DNA of 64,000 nucleotides from Eledone cirrhosa. Lineage: Eukaryota. Made by a program: the position numbers and the translations under genes. The notes under the pieces were generated by a model. That model ran no database searches, was not told where the DNA came from, and was given only the letters and a program-made list of their open reading frames with translations. How positions within the stretch are numbered: position 1 is the first letter of the stretch; each line of letters begins with the position of its first letter. Of this stretch, positions 1 to 11,049 are shown piece by piece. The DNA is taken from positions 265,422,001-265,486,000 of the forward strand of contig OZ024741.1 in NCBI GenBank assembly GCA_964016885.1. The letters are read 5' to 3'.

Positions 1-705
1 CTGGGTAATTGCTGGCCTTGTGCCAAAAGTAGAAACAATTATTATTCGATGGATTGGTAGTATCGGTAGAGCGTCGGACAAAATGCTTTGCGACATATAG
101 TTACGTTCCATTATGTTCTGATTTCAAATCCGGTCGAGATTAGCTTTGCCTTTCACCTTTGTTGGGGTCGATAAAATAAAGCACCAGTAATGCACTGGGG
201 ATTGATTTAATCGCCTTTCTCTTCCCTCAAAAAGGCCTTGTGCCTAAATCAGAAAACATAAATTTTGCGGTGGATTGGCAGTATCGGTAGAGGGTCGGAC
301 ACCGTGCTTTCCAGTATAGTTTCGTCCCTTTACGATCTGAGTTCAAACCCCGCTGAGGTTGACTTTGCCTTTCATCCTTACGAGGTCGATAAAATAAAGT
401 ACCAGTAATACACCAGTGTATTACTGGTACTTTATTTTAATTGCTGGCCTTGTGCCTAAAGTAGAAACAATTATTTTTTCGGTGGGTTGACATAATCGTT
501 AGAGCGTCGAACAATATATGATGCGGCATTTATAGGTACAGTTCGCAACGTTTTGAGTTCAGATCCTGCCGGAGTCAATTTTGCATTTTATCCTTTTGGG
601 GTCGATAAAATAAAGTACCAGCAGCGCACTGGGCTGGGTATAATTGACTTTTCCCTTTCCTTTTCTATCCCTTAAAATTGCTGGCCTTGTGCCAAAATTA
701 GGAAC
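1..705 (+). mobile_element. Head-to-tail array (~3.5 copies) of tRNA-derived SINE family A
   Basis: Each unit has A-box-like TGGCAGTATCGGTAGAG, B-box-like GAGTTCAAAYCC, central GCCTTTCATCCTT..GGTCGATAAAATAAAGTACCAG (resembles the Meta/MESC SINE domain, from memory) and tail GCTGGCCTTGTGCC..GAAAC-(ATT)n. Confidence 0.85.
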
Positions 706-2835
706 CGTCGTTATCTAATCTGTATACCCTGTCCCTCTTTCTCCTTCTCCTCTCTCGCTCACTACTATTCTATCGATTCAGTTTTCTTTTTACCTACCCC
801 TTCTCCACCCGACTGCTGTAACCATGTTGTTATTTCCCTCCTATTTTTTTTAAAATCACATCTAGCAATCAGTCGTTCATCCGCTTCATCTCCCACCCAT
901 CCTCATCATCTAACAATAACAAACTAAACTGCATCCCCACCTCACCCGCCCTCCAGCCAACTCACCTCTTTCCAGGTCACTCGACCAGCTAGAAATAGCA
1001 GCCTAATCCACCCTAAAATATACACACTGTAAATGTTTTTGTATAAAGAAGGATAAACATCAACAGTATCTATCTCCTTGGTCACGGTAGGTGGGTGGAG
1101 GTGGGATGTGAGTGAGTGGGGGTGGGGGACCTGTAAATATTATGGGCACAGCTCCTTCATCCAGTCCTTGCAAAAAAAAACAAAAAAAAAACGCAAAATA
1201 AAAAGGTAAATGTTTATTATTTTACACCCATACTCCTTTAGAAACCCTAACCCTATTTCTCTTTTCGCGGGCGCTAACCCTAACCGCCAAATGGGGACGG
1301 GTATATTGATACAACCACCCCTCAAAAAAAAAAAAAGAGACAAAAATAAAATAAAATGGTAACTGCCGTCTACTGTCTCCGATATACAAACGACGAGGAT
1401 GGTCACGGATGGAAAGCCTTTAATCGATTCTAGCTCTGCTCAATCCCGACTGACCTAGGGCTAAACGACAACAGTTTTAAACCACTTTTCTACTAAAGCC
1501 TTCCTTCCACCTACTCTCGCATTAATCGCTTGTTTTTGATTTCTCATTAATTCATTCTCTCTCTTTCTCTCTGAATTTATTTATTTCGTTAATCTACCTT
1601 AAATCTTAGTCCCCCTCTCATTCCTCCCCTCTTACTTCCTGTAATCCCTCTCTCTCTCTTTATTGTTTACAATAACACTTCACTCTCCTCTCTTTATATC
1701 CATCTCACTTCCCACTCAATATAGTCTTTCTTTCCTTCTCTCTCTTTAACTCAATTTTACTTCTTTGACCCTATCTTTTCCTCTCTGTTGCCCCCCCCCC
1801 CCCCCCCGTTATATATAAATTATATATATATATATATTTTTTTTTTTAAGCTGCCTCTCTTGCTGTGTATATTACACTTTCTTTTTCACACTCCTCATAC
1901 TCCTTCTTTTTTTAATTGTCACATCCTCTCTCTCTTCCGTTCTTTCTTTTAACCCCCTCTCTCTCTCTCTCCATTTCACTCTTCCTCTCTCTCTAATTCT
2001 ACTTCACACAAACAAACACGATTTATAAATCTTATATTACAACAACCAGCCTCCGTCTCAGTCACCGTGTTCTCACAAATTTCCTTGTTGACGCAGGCAC
2101 ACATACACTCCCTCTTATATTTATCTATCTCACATCTCATTCAAACGCACATGCTATAACAAAGAGGATTATAAACTACAGCGTACAGAGATTATAATTA
2201 TATATATATATACACAATTTTACTAAAGTGGTCGTCGCCTGATTTCGTCGTTGGTTTTCCCCCGACTTCTCTAAATGGAGTCACAACATGTCGATTTGGT
2301 GTTAAGTTCCTTGCCTGGATAACCTGAAAGTTTAGTGGTACTAATTTACCCAATGGAAGAACGAAGAGAGGACAGAGCTCGCCGTGCGCCACCCGTCCCC
2401 AAAAGGCCAGTCTCTAAATGGGTGGCTGAACATGGTCAAGGTAAGGCGAACACACATAGATAATAAACTGATAATAGTTTTTTTTCTTCCTTATATATGT
2501 GTGTGTTTAAACATTTTATTTATCAAATCATTTCGTTTTCAGGAAAGACAATTTACTAGAGCGCGTGTAAATATATATATATGTGTGTGTACACGTACAC
2601 ACAGGAAATATTATTTTAAAAATTTCTATCAATTACACACACTATCCTTTCTTGCTCTCGTTGTATCCAGTGTATGTATAATGTACCCCTCAAAATATAG
2701 GACGTACACACATTATTTGTGGACACATATTATTTAGGCATATACGTGACAAATATACACGCTTAAATGTATGTATAATATATATCATCACCATCGTCTA
2801 GTTTAACGTCTTTACTTGTCACAAGCATTGGACGT

Positions 2836-2868
<33 letters not shown>

Positions 2869-3769
2869 ATAGAGTAGACAGATAATTATCAGTTCTGAAT
2901 TTGTCTCTGTCTGTGTGACTCTATGGCTGTTTTACTAGATATATTTTGGGAAATCATCGTGAATTAATTAAATTCACAACCCTTTCTGCGTATAACCACC
3001 ACCTCTATCTGTGAGTGTGTGTGTGTTTGTATGTCTGACTGATTGCTATCTGCTCGATGTCGATTCACCGGGCGTTTTCATTCGAAATATATAAGCATCT
3101 CTTCTATAAATGATTCTACATATGTGTGTGTGCGTATGTTTTGACTTTCTCCATCCATCTCTCTATCATCCCTCTTTGTAAATAAATGTACTCTTTCAGA
3201 TTTTTAGTATATGGTCAACCTACATATGAAGTGGGTGACACACACACGCACTGTTTGGGGTGTGTACAATCAAAACGGTTTAAGCTTAACCGGCGGACGA
3301 AGAATCCCTATAATAATAATTGTTTCTACTATTTGCACAAGGCCAGCAATTATCAGTACATTACTGGTACTTTATTTTATCGACCCCGTAAGGATGAAAG
3401 GCAAAGTTAACCTCCCTATAATAATAATAATATATGCTTTATATATATATATATAGTTACTGTTGGTGGAGGTGTGACTGTTTATATATATATAATTAGA
3501 AGTTGAAGAAGTGCTGGTGACCTTTGTAGCTCCTTCCAGATATTTCTGTGGATTGGGTGAAGTGTTGAGTCTGTGGATAGGAGGGGAGATACAACATGAG
3601 ATGAATGGCTCTGCAGTATAGAGAGAATAAAGTAGGTTAGTAAGTTCAGACAAGCAGAACCAGTTTGGGTTGCAGTAGACAAGTCACTGAGAGGACACAG
3701 CAGGTCTATAGAGTAAGAACAGGTGTAAAGAACGTTTTCTAGTTTGAAGACACGTTTTTAGATGTATAA

Positions 3770-4795
3770 TAATGGTTTCTGATTTAGGGACAAGGCCAGC
3801 AATTTAAAGGGAAGGGGGAAAGTCGATTAAATCGACCCCAGTTCATTACTGGTAATATATTTTATCTACCCCAGAGGGATGAAAAGCAAAGTTAACCTCA
3901 GCAGGACTTGAACTCAGAATGTAACAAATCGTAACTAAATACTGCAAACCATGTTGTCTGTTGCTCTACCGATTCTGCCAATCCACTGCGCACTCCTCTC
4001 TGTTTATTTAATAATTGTTTCTACTATTGGCATAAGGCCAGCAAATATCCAGTACATTACTGGTACTTTATTTTAAGGATGAAAGGCAAAGTTAACCTCG
4101 GCTGGATTTGAACTCAGAATAGCAAGGGCCGTAACTCTATGCGTCAAAGCATGGCGTCCGACCCTCTACCGATACTGCCAAAATAATGGTTTCTGATTTT
4201 AGTACAAGGCCAGCAATTTTGTGGGGAGTGGGGAAAGTCTATTAAATCGACCTCAGTGCATTGCTGGTACTTTATTTTATTGACCACCTAAGGATTAAAG
4301 GCAAAGCTAACCTCAGCGGGATTTGAACTCAGAACTTAAAAGGCTGTAACTATATGCTGCAAAGCATGTCCGACGCTCTACCAATTCTGCCAATCCACTA
4401 CCCAAATAATAATAATAATTGTTTCTACTATTGGCACAAGGCCAGCAATTACCCAGTACATTACTGGTACTTTATTTTATCGACCCCGTAAGGATGAAAG
4501 GCAAAGTTAACCTCGGCAGGATTTGAACTCAGAATGGCAAGAGCAGTAACTCTATGCGTCAAATCATGGTGTCCGACCCGCTACTGATACTGCCAATTCA
4601 CCATAATAATTATAATTTTCTACTTTAGGCACAAGGCCAGCAATTACCCAGTACATTACTGGTACTTTATTTTATCGACCCTGTAAGGATGAAAGGCAAA
4701 GTTAACCTCGGCGGGATTTGAACTCAGACTCTAAAGGGATGTAACTATGCTAGAAAGCATGGCGTCCAACCCTCCGTTACTGCCAATTCACCATA
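3770..4795 (-). mobile_element. Head-to-tail array (~6 copies) of SINE family A
   Basis: Reverse complement of the same unit repeated about every 170-210 bp, units joined by (TAA)n. Confidence 0.85.
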
Positions 4796-4814
4796 ATAAT
4801 AATAATAATAATAA

Positions 4815-5015
4815 TCAGTTAGTAGAAGGTTAGATGTATGGCTTGAGAAGCTAGGAATTGCCACCAGGACAGGATTATAGCAGAAAACAGCCTTGCTGGG
4901 AACAGCTAGAATTCTAAGGAAGGTGTTGGAAAGTTGAAGGAGAAGGAATGACCCAAAGGACATTTGGCCATTGGATATGTCTCGTCTGCCAGAACAAAAG
5001 TGTTATGAGTAATAA
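4815..5015 (+). mobile_element. 3' fragment of R4/Dong-like non-LTR retrotransposon
   Basis: Reads VSRRLDVWLEKLGIATRTGL*QKTALLGTARILRKVLES*, the C-terminal motif typical of R4/Dong ORFs; flanked by TAA repeats. Confidence 0.65.
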
Positions 5016-5256
5016 TTATAGTAATAGGTACTTTATGAAGAGTACTCTGAATATAATAGAAAAAACACACCACTAAAACCACCGGCACATACCCTAGGCT
5101 CAATTAGCTGTGCTTGGTAATGCAGTAACAATATCTTGTAATAATAAAATATCAAAGATTATTGGAGTCACATGATTTATGTAACCAAAATATCTGCAAG
5201 AAAATATGATTTTGCTAATGGAGAGGATGAGGACTATGACTGGTGTATATATATTT

Positions 5257-6652
5257 ATCATCATCACCGTTTAATGTCCATTTTTCCACGCTATAATGGT
5301 TTAGACGAGTTGTCCTGTTGTGAGCAATGCCAGGTTGGGTTACCATATCTTGCTCCTTCAGAACTGACTTTGGCTTGGTTTCTACAGCTGGATGCCCTTC
5401 CTAATGTCAGCCACATTTACAATGAGTACTGGGTGATTTTTGTTGTGACACCTACATGACCACTTTACAGTGTGGGCTGGAGGCTTCACTAGATGTATAC
5501 TTCAGCCTGTCTTCATGGGAGATGTATGGAAGGGTGGGGGTGGTGCATACCATATATATGCTTCAGCTTGTGCCTATGGGAAGGCGGGTCTTCTGTATTA
5601 CTGCATAATGCTAGAGATCTTGGTCCTGTGACTTCGTCTTTGAGAGGTGCAATTGAGCAAGATCAGCTTTTATCACTTCATCCCAAGTCTTCCTGGGTCT
5701 CCCCACTCCAAAGCTTCCACTGATTTTGAGCATTCTGCACCTTTTTATACAGCTGTCATCCTTCATATGCATCACATGTCAATACCAACACAATCTCCTC
5801 TCCTGCACACTGCATCTGATTCCTCTTATGCCTAGTTTCTTTCTCAGTTCATTTATGCTTTGCCGTTCATGTATATTACTATTACACATCCATTAGAGCA
5901 TGCAAGCTTCGTTTCTTTCCAATTTACGCACAAGTCTCACTACCATGCAACACCGCTGTTCGTATGCACACATGATACAGTCTGCCTTTCATTCTGAGGG
6001 GGAAAAGCCTTTTGTAGCTAGCAGTGGCAGTAGATTACTGAACTTTTTTCATCCCAATCTCACTCTGGCTACTGTACTTTCAGAACACCCACCTCACTGC
6101 TAATTTGGTTACCCAGGTAGCAGAAGTTGTCTACTACTTCTACCAAACCTTCCCAGCATTTGATAGTGCTTGTTTTCTGTGATTGTTTGCTGTTTATTGC
6201 CCTGGTCCAAAGGCTACATGTAAAACCTACATTCTTAACTAAACTTCCCGAGATCCCCCTACATCTCTTGTGTACCCATAGTTTGTATTTGGGACAGAGG
6301 ATAGAATTTTTACCTACACCTTTCCTACACACTGAGCAAGGCCATTTCCTCGAGGGGATCAGGGCTCTGTTTTCTCTTCTACTTACTATGATCATAGTCT
6401 TTGTCAGGTTGACTGTAAGACCCTTTGTTTCTAGGCCCTGCTTCCGTGTTTGGAATTTCTTTCTAGTTCCACCATAGACTCAGCTATGAGTGTAATATCA
6501 TCTGCGTACAGGAGTTTGCATGGGCAGCCAGTCTCAAACTCCTGTTTTAACCTGCAGTATGATAATAAATAGGAAACTGCTAAGAATAGAGCCCCAGTGA
6601 ACATCAATCTGTATACTAAATACCTAGCTACAGTCATTGTTAATCCTAACTT
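5257..6652 (-). mobile_element. Degenerate 5'-truncated RTE LINE (family 1)
   Basis: Minus-strand ORFs TGCPCKLLYADD and WPCSVCRKGVGKNSILC..HKRC..VVDNFCYLG; 3' UTR ends in a (GAT)n tail; homologous to 6920-8765. Confidence 0.9.
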
Positions 6653-6728
6653 TATATGTATATAATATATATATAATATATATTATATATATATATATAT
6701 ATTCATTTCATTTTTTTTCATTTCATTT

Positions 6729-6774
<46 letters not shown>

Positions 6775-6785
6775 TATATAATATA

Positions 6786-6890
6786 AGGACAGACACTGTT
6801 GGAGACGCAGGACATGGCAGCGATAATGAGGGACAGAGACCGCTGGAGAGAACTCGTCCATGGATCTCGGGAATTTTACCCGCCCTAGAA
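6786..6890 (+). mobile_element. Short 3' fragment of RTE-like LINE family 3 inside a (TA)n tract
   Basis: Nearly identical to the reverse complement of 48742-48845 (GACATGGCAGCGATAATGAGGGACAGA...CTCGGGAATTTTACCCGC). Confidence 0.75.
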
Positions 6891-6919
6891 AAAATTATAT
6901 ATATATATATATATATACT

Positions 6920-8765
6920 ATAACCACACGTATCGTTAACCAGGTAATACTAGAAGGGGCCATACCAAAAGATTGGTGCAGTAGCATCATTGTCAACTGC
7001 TACAAAGGTAAAGGCGATGCACTAGATAGAGGAAACTATAGAGGTATAAAGTTGATGGACCAGGTCATGAATGTAACAGAAAGAGTTATAGCACAGCTGA
7101 TTAGGGACCGGGTGAAAATAGACGAGATGCAATTTGGGTTTGTACCAGGAAGAGGCACCACTGATGCCCTCTTCCTTGTGAGGTAATTACAGGAAAAGTA
7201 CCTAGCGAAAAGTAAGCCACTCTACTTGGCATTTGTCGACCTTGAGAAAGCCTTTGACAGAGTTCCACGTGTTGTAATCTGGTGGGCTCTTAGAAAACTA
7301 GGAGTAGATGAATGGCTTGTGAAAGCGGTACAAACCATGTATAGGGGAGCAGTCAGCAAAGTTAGGATTAGCAATGAGTATAGCGAGGAATTTAGCATAC
7401 AGGTTGGGGTCCACCAGGGCTCTGTTCTTAGCCCTCTCCTGTTCATCATAGTCCTGCAGGCAATAACGGAGGAGTTTAAGACCGGATGCCCATGGGAACT
7501 CCTGTATGCTGATGACCTCGCACTCATAGCTGAATCTATGGTAGAACTAGAGAATAAATTCCAAACCTGGAAGCAGAGACTAGAAAGAAAGGGTCTCAAA
7601 GTCAACATGATAAAGACTAAGGTCCTTGTAAGTAGATGAGAAAACAGAACCCAGATCCCCTCAGGGAAATGGCCTTGCTCAGTATGTAGGAAAGATGTAG
7701 GTAGGAACTCCATTCTCTGCCCCAAATGCAAACAATGGGTACACAAGAGATGTAGCGGGGTCTCAGGAAGCTTAATTAAGAATGTAGGATTCACATGCAG
7801 CAGCTGTGCTGAAACAGCAAGCAGCAAACAGCCACAGGAAACAAGTACCACCAATCTCTGGGAGGGCCCTGTAGAAACAGTAGACAGCTTCTGCTACCTA
7901 GGTGACCGAATTAGCAACGGAGGTGGGTGTTCAGAAAGTACAATAACTAGGGTAAGAACGGGATGGAAGAAGTTTAGGGAACTACTACCACTGCTAGCTG
8001 CAAAAGGCTTCTCCCTCAGAATGAAAGGCAGACTGTATGATGCGTGTATCCGAACAGCGATGTTGCATGGTAGTGAGACCTGGGCGCTGAAGGTGGAAGA
8101 CTTACGTAGATTAGAGAGAAACGAAGCCTGCATGCTCCGATGGATGTGTAACAGTAATATACGTGAACGACAAAGCATAAATGAATTGAGAGAGAGACTG
8201 AGCATAAGAGGAATCAAATGCTGTGTGCAGGAGAGGCGGTTGCGCTGGTATGGACATGTGATGCGTATGAAGGATGACAGCTGCATAAAAAGGTGCAGAG
8301 CACTAGAAGTTGATGGAAACCGCGGAGTGGGGAGACCCAAGATGATTTGGGATGAGGTGATAAAAGCCGACCTTACCCAATTACACCTCTCAAAGACAAT
8401 GACACACGACCGTGACTTCTGGCGTCACGCAGTAATACAGAGTACCCGACCTCCCATGGGTACATGCTGAAGCATATAAACAATATGCCCCCACACCCCC
8501 CACCGCAAGGTGGTCGTGGAGGTGCCACGGCAAAAAAGCACCCAGCCCACACTGTAAAGTGGACGTGTAGGCGCCACGAAAAAGCACCCAGCACTCACTG
8601 TAAATGAGGTTGGTGTTAGGAAGGGCATCCAGCTGTAGAAATCAAGCCAGATCAGTTCCTGTATGAGCAAGGCATGGTCAGCCGACCAGACACTGCACAC
8701 AACAGGACAACCCGTCTAACCCATGCTAGCGTGGAAGAACGGACGTAAAACGATGATGATGATGA
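6920..8765 (+). mobile_element. 5'-truncated RTE LINE (family 1): reverse transcriptase pseudogene plus 3' UTR and (GAT)n tail
   Basis: One frame from ~6923 to 8470 with two premature stops (7184, 7637): YKGKGD..NYRGI, QFGF, FVDLEKAFDRV, GVHQGSVLSPLLF, YADD, FCYLG, HGSETW, RRLRWYGHV, GRPK; tail (GAT)n at ~8752-8765. Confidence 0.95.
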
Positions 8766-8947
8766 TATATATATAATGACCATGGGATTTGCACCTAGGT
8801 TAAACTCCATGACACACTGTCCTGTTATCTTGTCTTGGCTTGTCACTGGACATGTGTGTATATATATACCCCCCCCTTTTTTTTTTAAAATGTCTTTCCA
8901 CCACTCCTCCACACACCCTTGGAACTCTCTTCCTACCCACTTTTCTC

Positions 8948-8975
8948 CTGATGAAGGGCTTATGCCCGAAACGTC
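8948..8975 (+). ncRNA. Minimal hammerhead ribozyme core (Penelope-like pLTR type)
   Basis: CTGATGA-a-GGGC-ttat-GCCC-GAAA-CGTC: intact core, 4-bp stem II, palindromic ACGT stem III, GUC site; stem I pairing is not evident. Confidence 0.65.
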
Positions 8976-9139
8976 GTCCCCTATCCCCTACTCTCAAGCG
9001 TGAACCTAATAATAATTGTTTCTACTTTTGGCTCAAGGCCAGCAATTACCCAGTACATTACTGGTACTTTATTTTATCGACCCCGTAAGGATGAAAGGCA
9101 AAGTTAACCTCGGCAGGATTTGAACTCAGAATATATATA

Positions 9140-9490
9140 ATCATCATTTCATCATCATCATTTCATTTTTACGTCCGCTTTTCCCTGCTTGCAAGGGTGG
9201 GACGGGAACTGATTCTGGCTTGATTTCTACAGCTGGATGCCCTTCCTAACACCAACCTCATTTACAGTGAGTGCTGGGTGCTTTTTTGCCGTGGTGCCTA
9301 CACGTCCACTTTGCAGTGGAATGATAGGGAACCCAGTCCCTATCATCTCATTTCTACAGCTGAGTAAACTGGAGCAATGTGAAATAAAGTGTCTTGCTCA
9401 AGGAAACAACACATCACCCGGTCTGAGAATTGAACTCACAACCTTTCGATTGCAAGGCCAATGCTCTAACCACTAAGCCATGTGCCTCCA
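9140..9490 (-). mobile_element. SINE family B: tRNA head, conserved body and RTE-derived tail
   Basis: Minus strand TGGAGGCACATGGCTTAGTGGTTAGAGC..GAGTTCAATTC, CCTTGAGCAAGACACTTTA, then sequence matching the RTE 3' UTR (8580-8650) and (GAT)n; near-identical copies at 34600-34985 and 55428-55762. Confidence 0.85.
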
Positions 9491-10414
9491 TAATATAAAT
9501 ATATATATAATATAATTGTTTCTACTATTGGCACAAGGCCAGCAATACCTCAGTACATTGCTGGTACTTTATTTTATCGACCCTGTAAGGATGAAAGGCA
9601 AAGTTAACCTCGGCGGGATTTGAACTCAGATCGTAAAGGAACGTAACTATGCTGGGAAGCATGGCGTCCGACCCTCTACCGATACTGCCAATAATAATAT
9701 CATTTGTACTGCCTCTTCGTTTTTCTGTTTTTTGTTCCCTGTTTACTTTAAAAAAAATATATATATATATGGGTCTGTGTGTGTGTTGCCACTATTGGCC
9801 CTTACCATTAATGGATTTGACAGGTGTCAATAACTCGTTTTTACCAAAAATTCTTTGGCCAGGGCCTGACAATAATCAGTCACTCATGAGTCCTATTTGT
9901 ATGTATATACACTTAGAATAAACCCTTCAAATGTGTGGGTGGTTGTGTGTATGGGTACATGAGTGTGAATGTGTACCTTGTTTTTATCTGTGTCCTTGTA
10001 TTATTCAAAGAATCCTTGTTCTTTAAAATCCTTTGGTCAATGATCTCTACCAATCCCCCAAATTACCACCTTCCTCAACCACCAGAAAACATTTTACAAG
10101 GACAGTCTTTCTGATGATTTCTTTGAATGAAACAATTCTAGTCCTGTAGAAGCCATTTCTATATTGAACAGATATATATATATATAATAATTATAAAATG
10201 TGGAGAAGGAACACATGAGTTGGAGTATATAAAAAGGGAAAACACATCCAATTCCGGACAGCCATTTGCCTCCTTCAAGGATGAACTTCTTTAAGCGATC
10301 TTGTCATAACATTGTTTGAACTGCTTATCCTCAAAAACCTTGCTTGTAAATAATATTATTATGGCAAGTAAGTATGTTTTGAAACAGTGAGCGAGTTTGA
10401 AATTAGAAAATATA

Positions 10415-10592
10415 TAGCTTTCACCGTATTTTTGACTAAAGGAATTTTAGCTTGATAACGGGGTTTAGAACCCTCAGATAAATGGAAAAAGATGAGTATT
10501 GACGTCAATACTCATCTTTTTCCATTTATCTGAGGGTTCTAAACCCCGTTATCAAGCTAAAATTCCTTTAGTCAAAAATACGGTGAAAGCTA
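10415..10592. repeat. Perfect 178-bp DNA palindrome centred on GACGTC
   Basis: TAGCTTTCACCGTATT...GAGTATTGAC|GTCAATACTC...AATACGGTGAAAGCTA, no spacer, no mismatch seen. Confidence 0.95.
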
Positions 10593-10762
10593 AATATTAT
10601 TATATTTCTTTACCTTATGTTTCACATCACCTTATTTTGACTTCAAAAACCATGTTTGTAAATATTATTCTTTCTTTTCCATTTCCTTAACATGTTCATC
10701 ACCTTATTTTCTCTCCTACATTTTATACCAATACAAATTCCTTTTTTTCTCTCCCATTCACA

Positions 10763-10800
10763 TAATTTGATAATGCATAAAATGGTGAAACCGGTAATTG
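10763..10800 (+). ncRNA. Degenerate minimal hammerhead motif
   Basis: taat-TTGATAA-tgcataaaatggt-GAAA-ccgg-TA-attg: two core substitutions relative to CTGATGA, palindromic ACCGGT stem III, GUA site, AATAAA downstream. Confidence 0.4.
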
Positions 10801-10995
10801 ATAATTATTAAATAAATAAATTAATAAATAAATAAATCGATGCTATTGTCAATTAATAAATAAATTAATTAATACCTTGACACTTCACACAAAGTAAAAT
10901 AATTTGTTTTAAACATTTTCTAACCCAGAAAAAAGAGAAAAAATAACGGGAAAAAAATTTTTTTTTTTCTTACTAATAATCGTTTTTTTCTTTCT

Positions 10996-11049
<54 letters not shown>

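Noticed and set aside
1244-1290. CCCTAA telomere-like repeats
   Set aside because: Only two or three scattered units, not an array.
2225-2290. Minus-strand TTAGAGAA-gtcg...cgac-GAAA, plus similar weak motifs near 10250, 11082 and 11280
   Set aside because: Cores deviate too far from CUGANGA/GAAA and stem I is unsupported; may be PLE relics but cannot be called.
2300-2560. Possible exon with donor CAAG|GTAAGG (~2440) and acceptor TTTTCAG (~2542)
   Set aside because: No recognisable protein and no transcript evidence; such motifs arise by chance.
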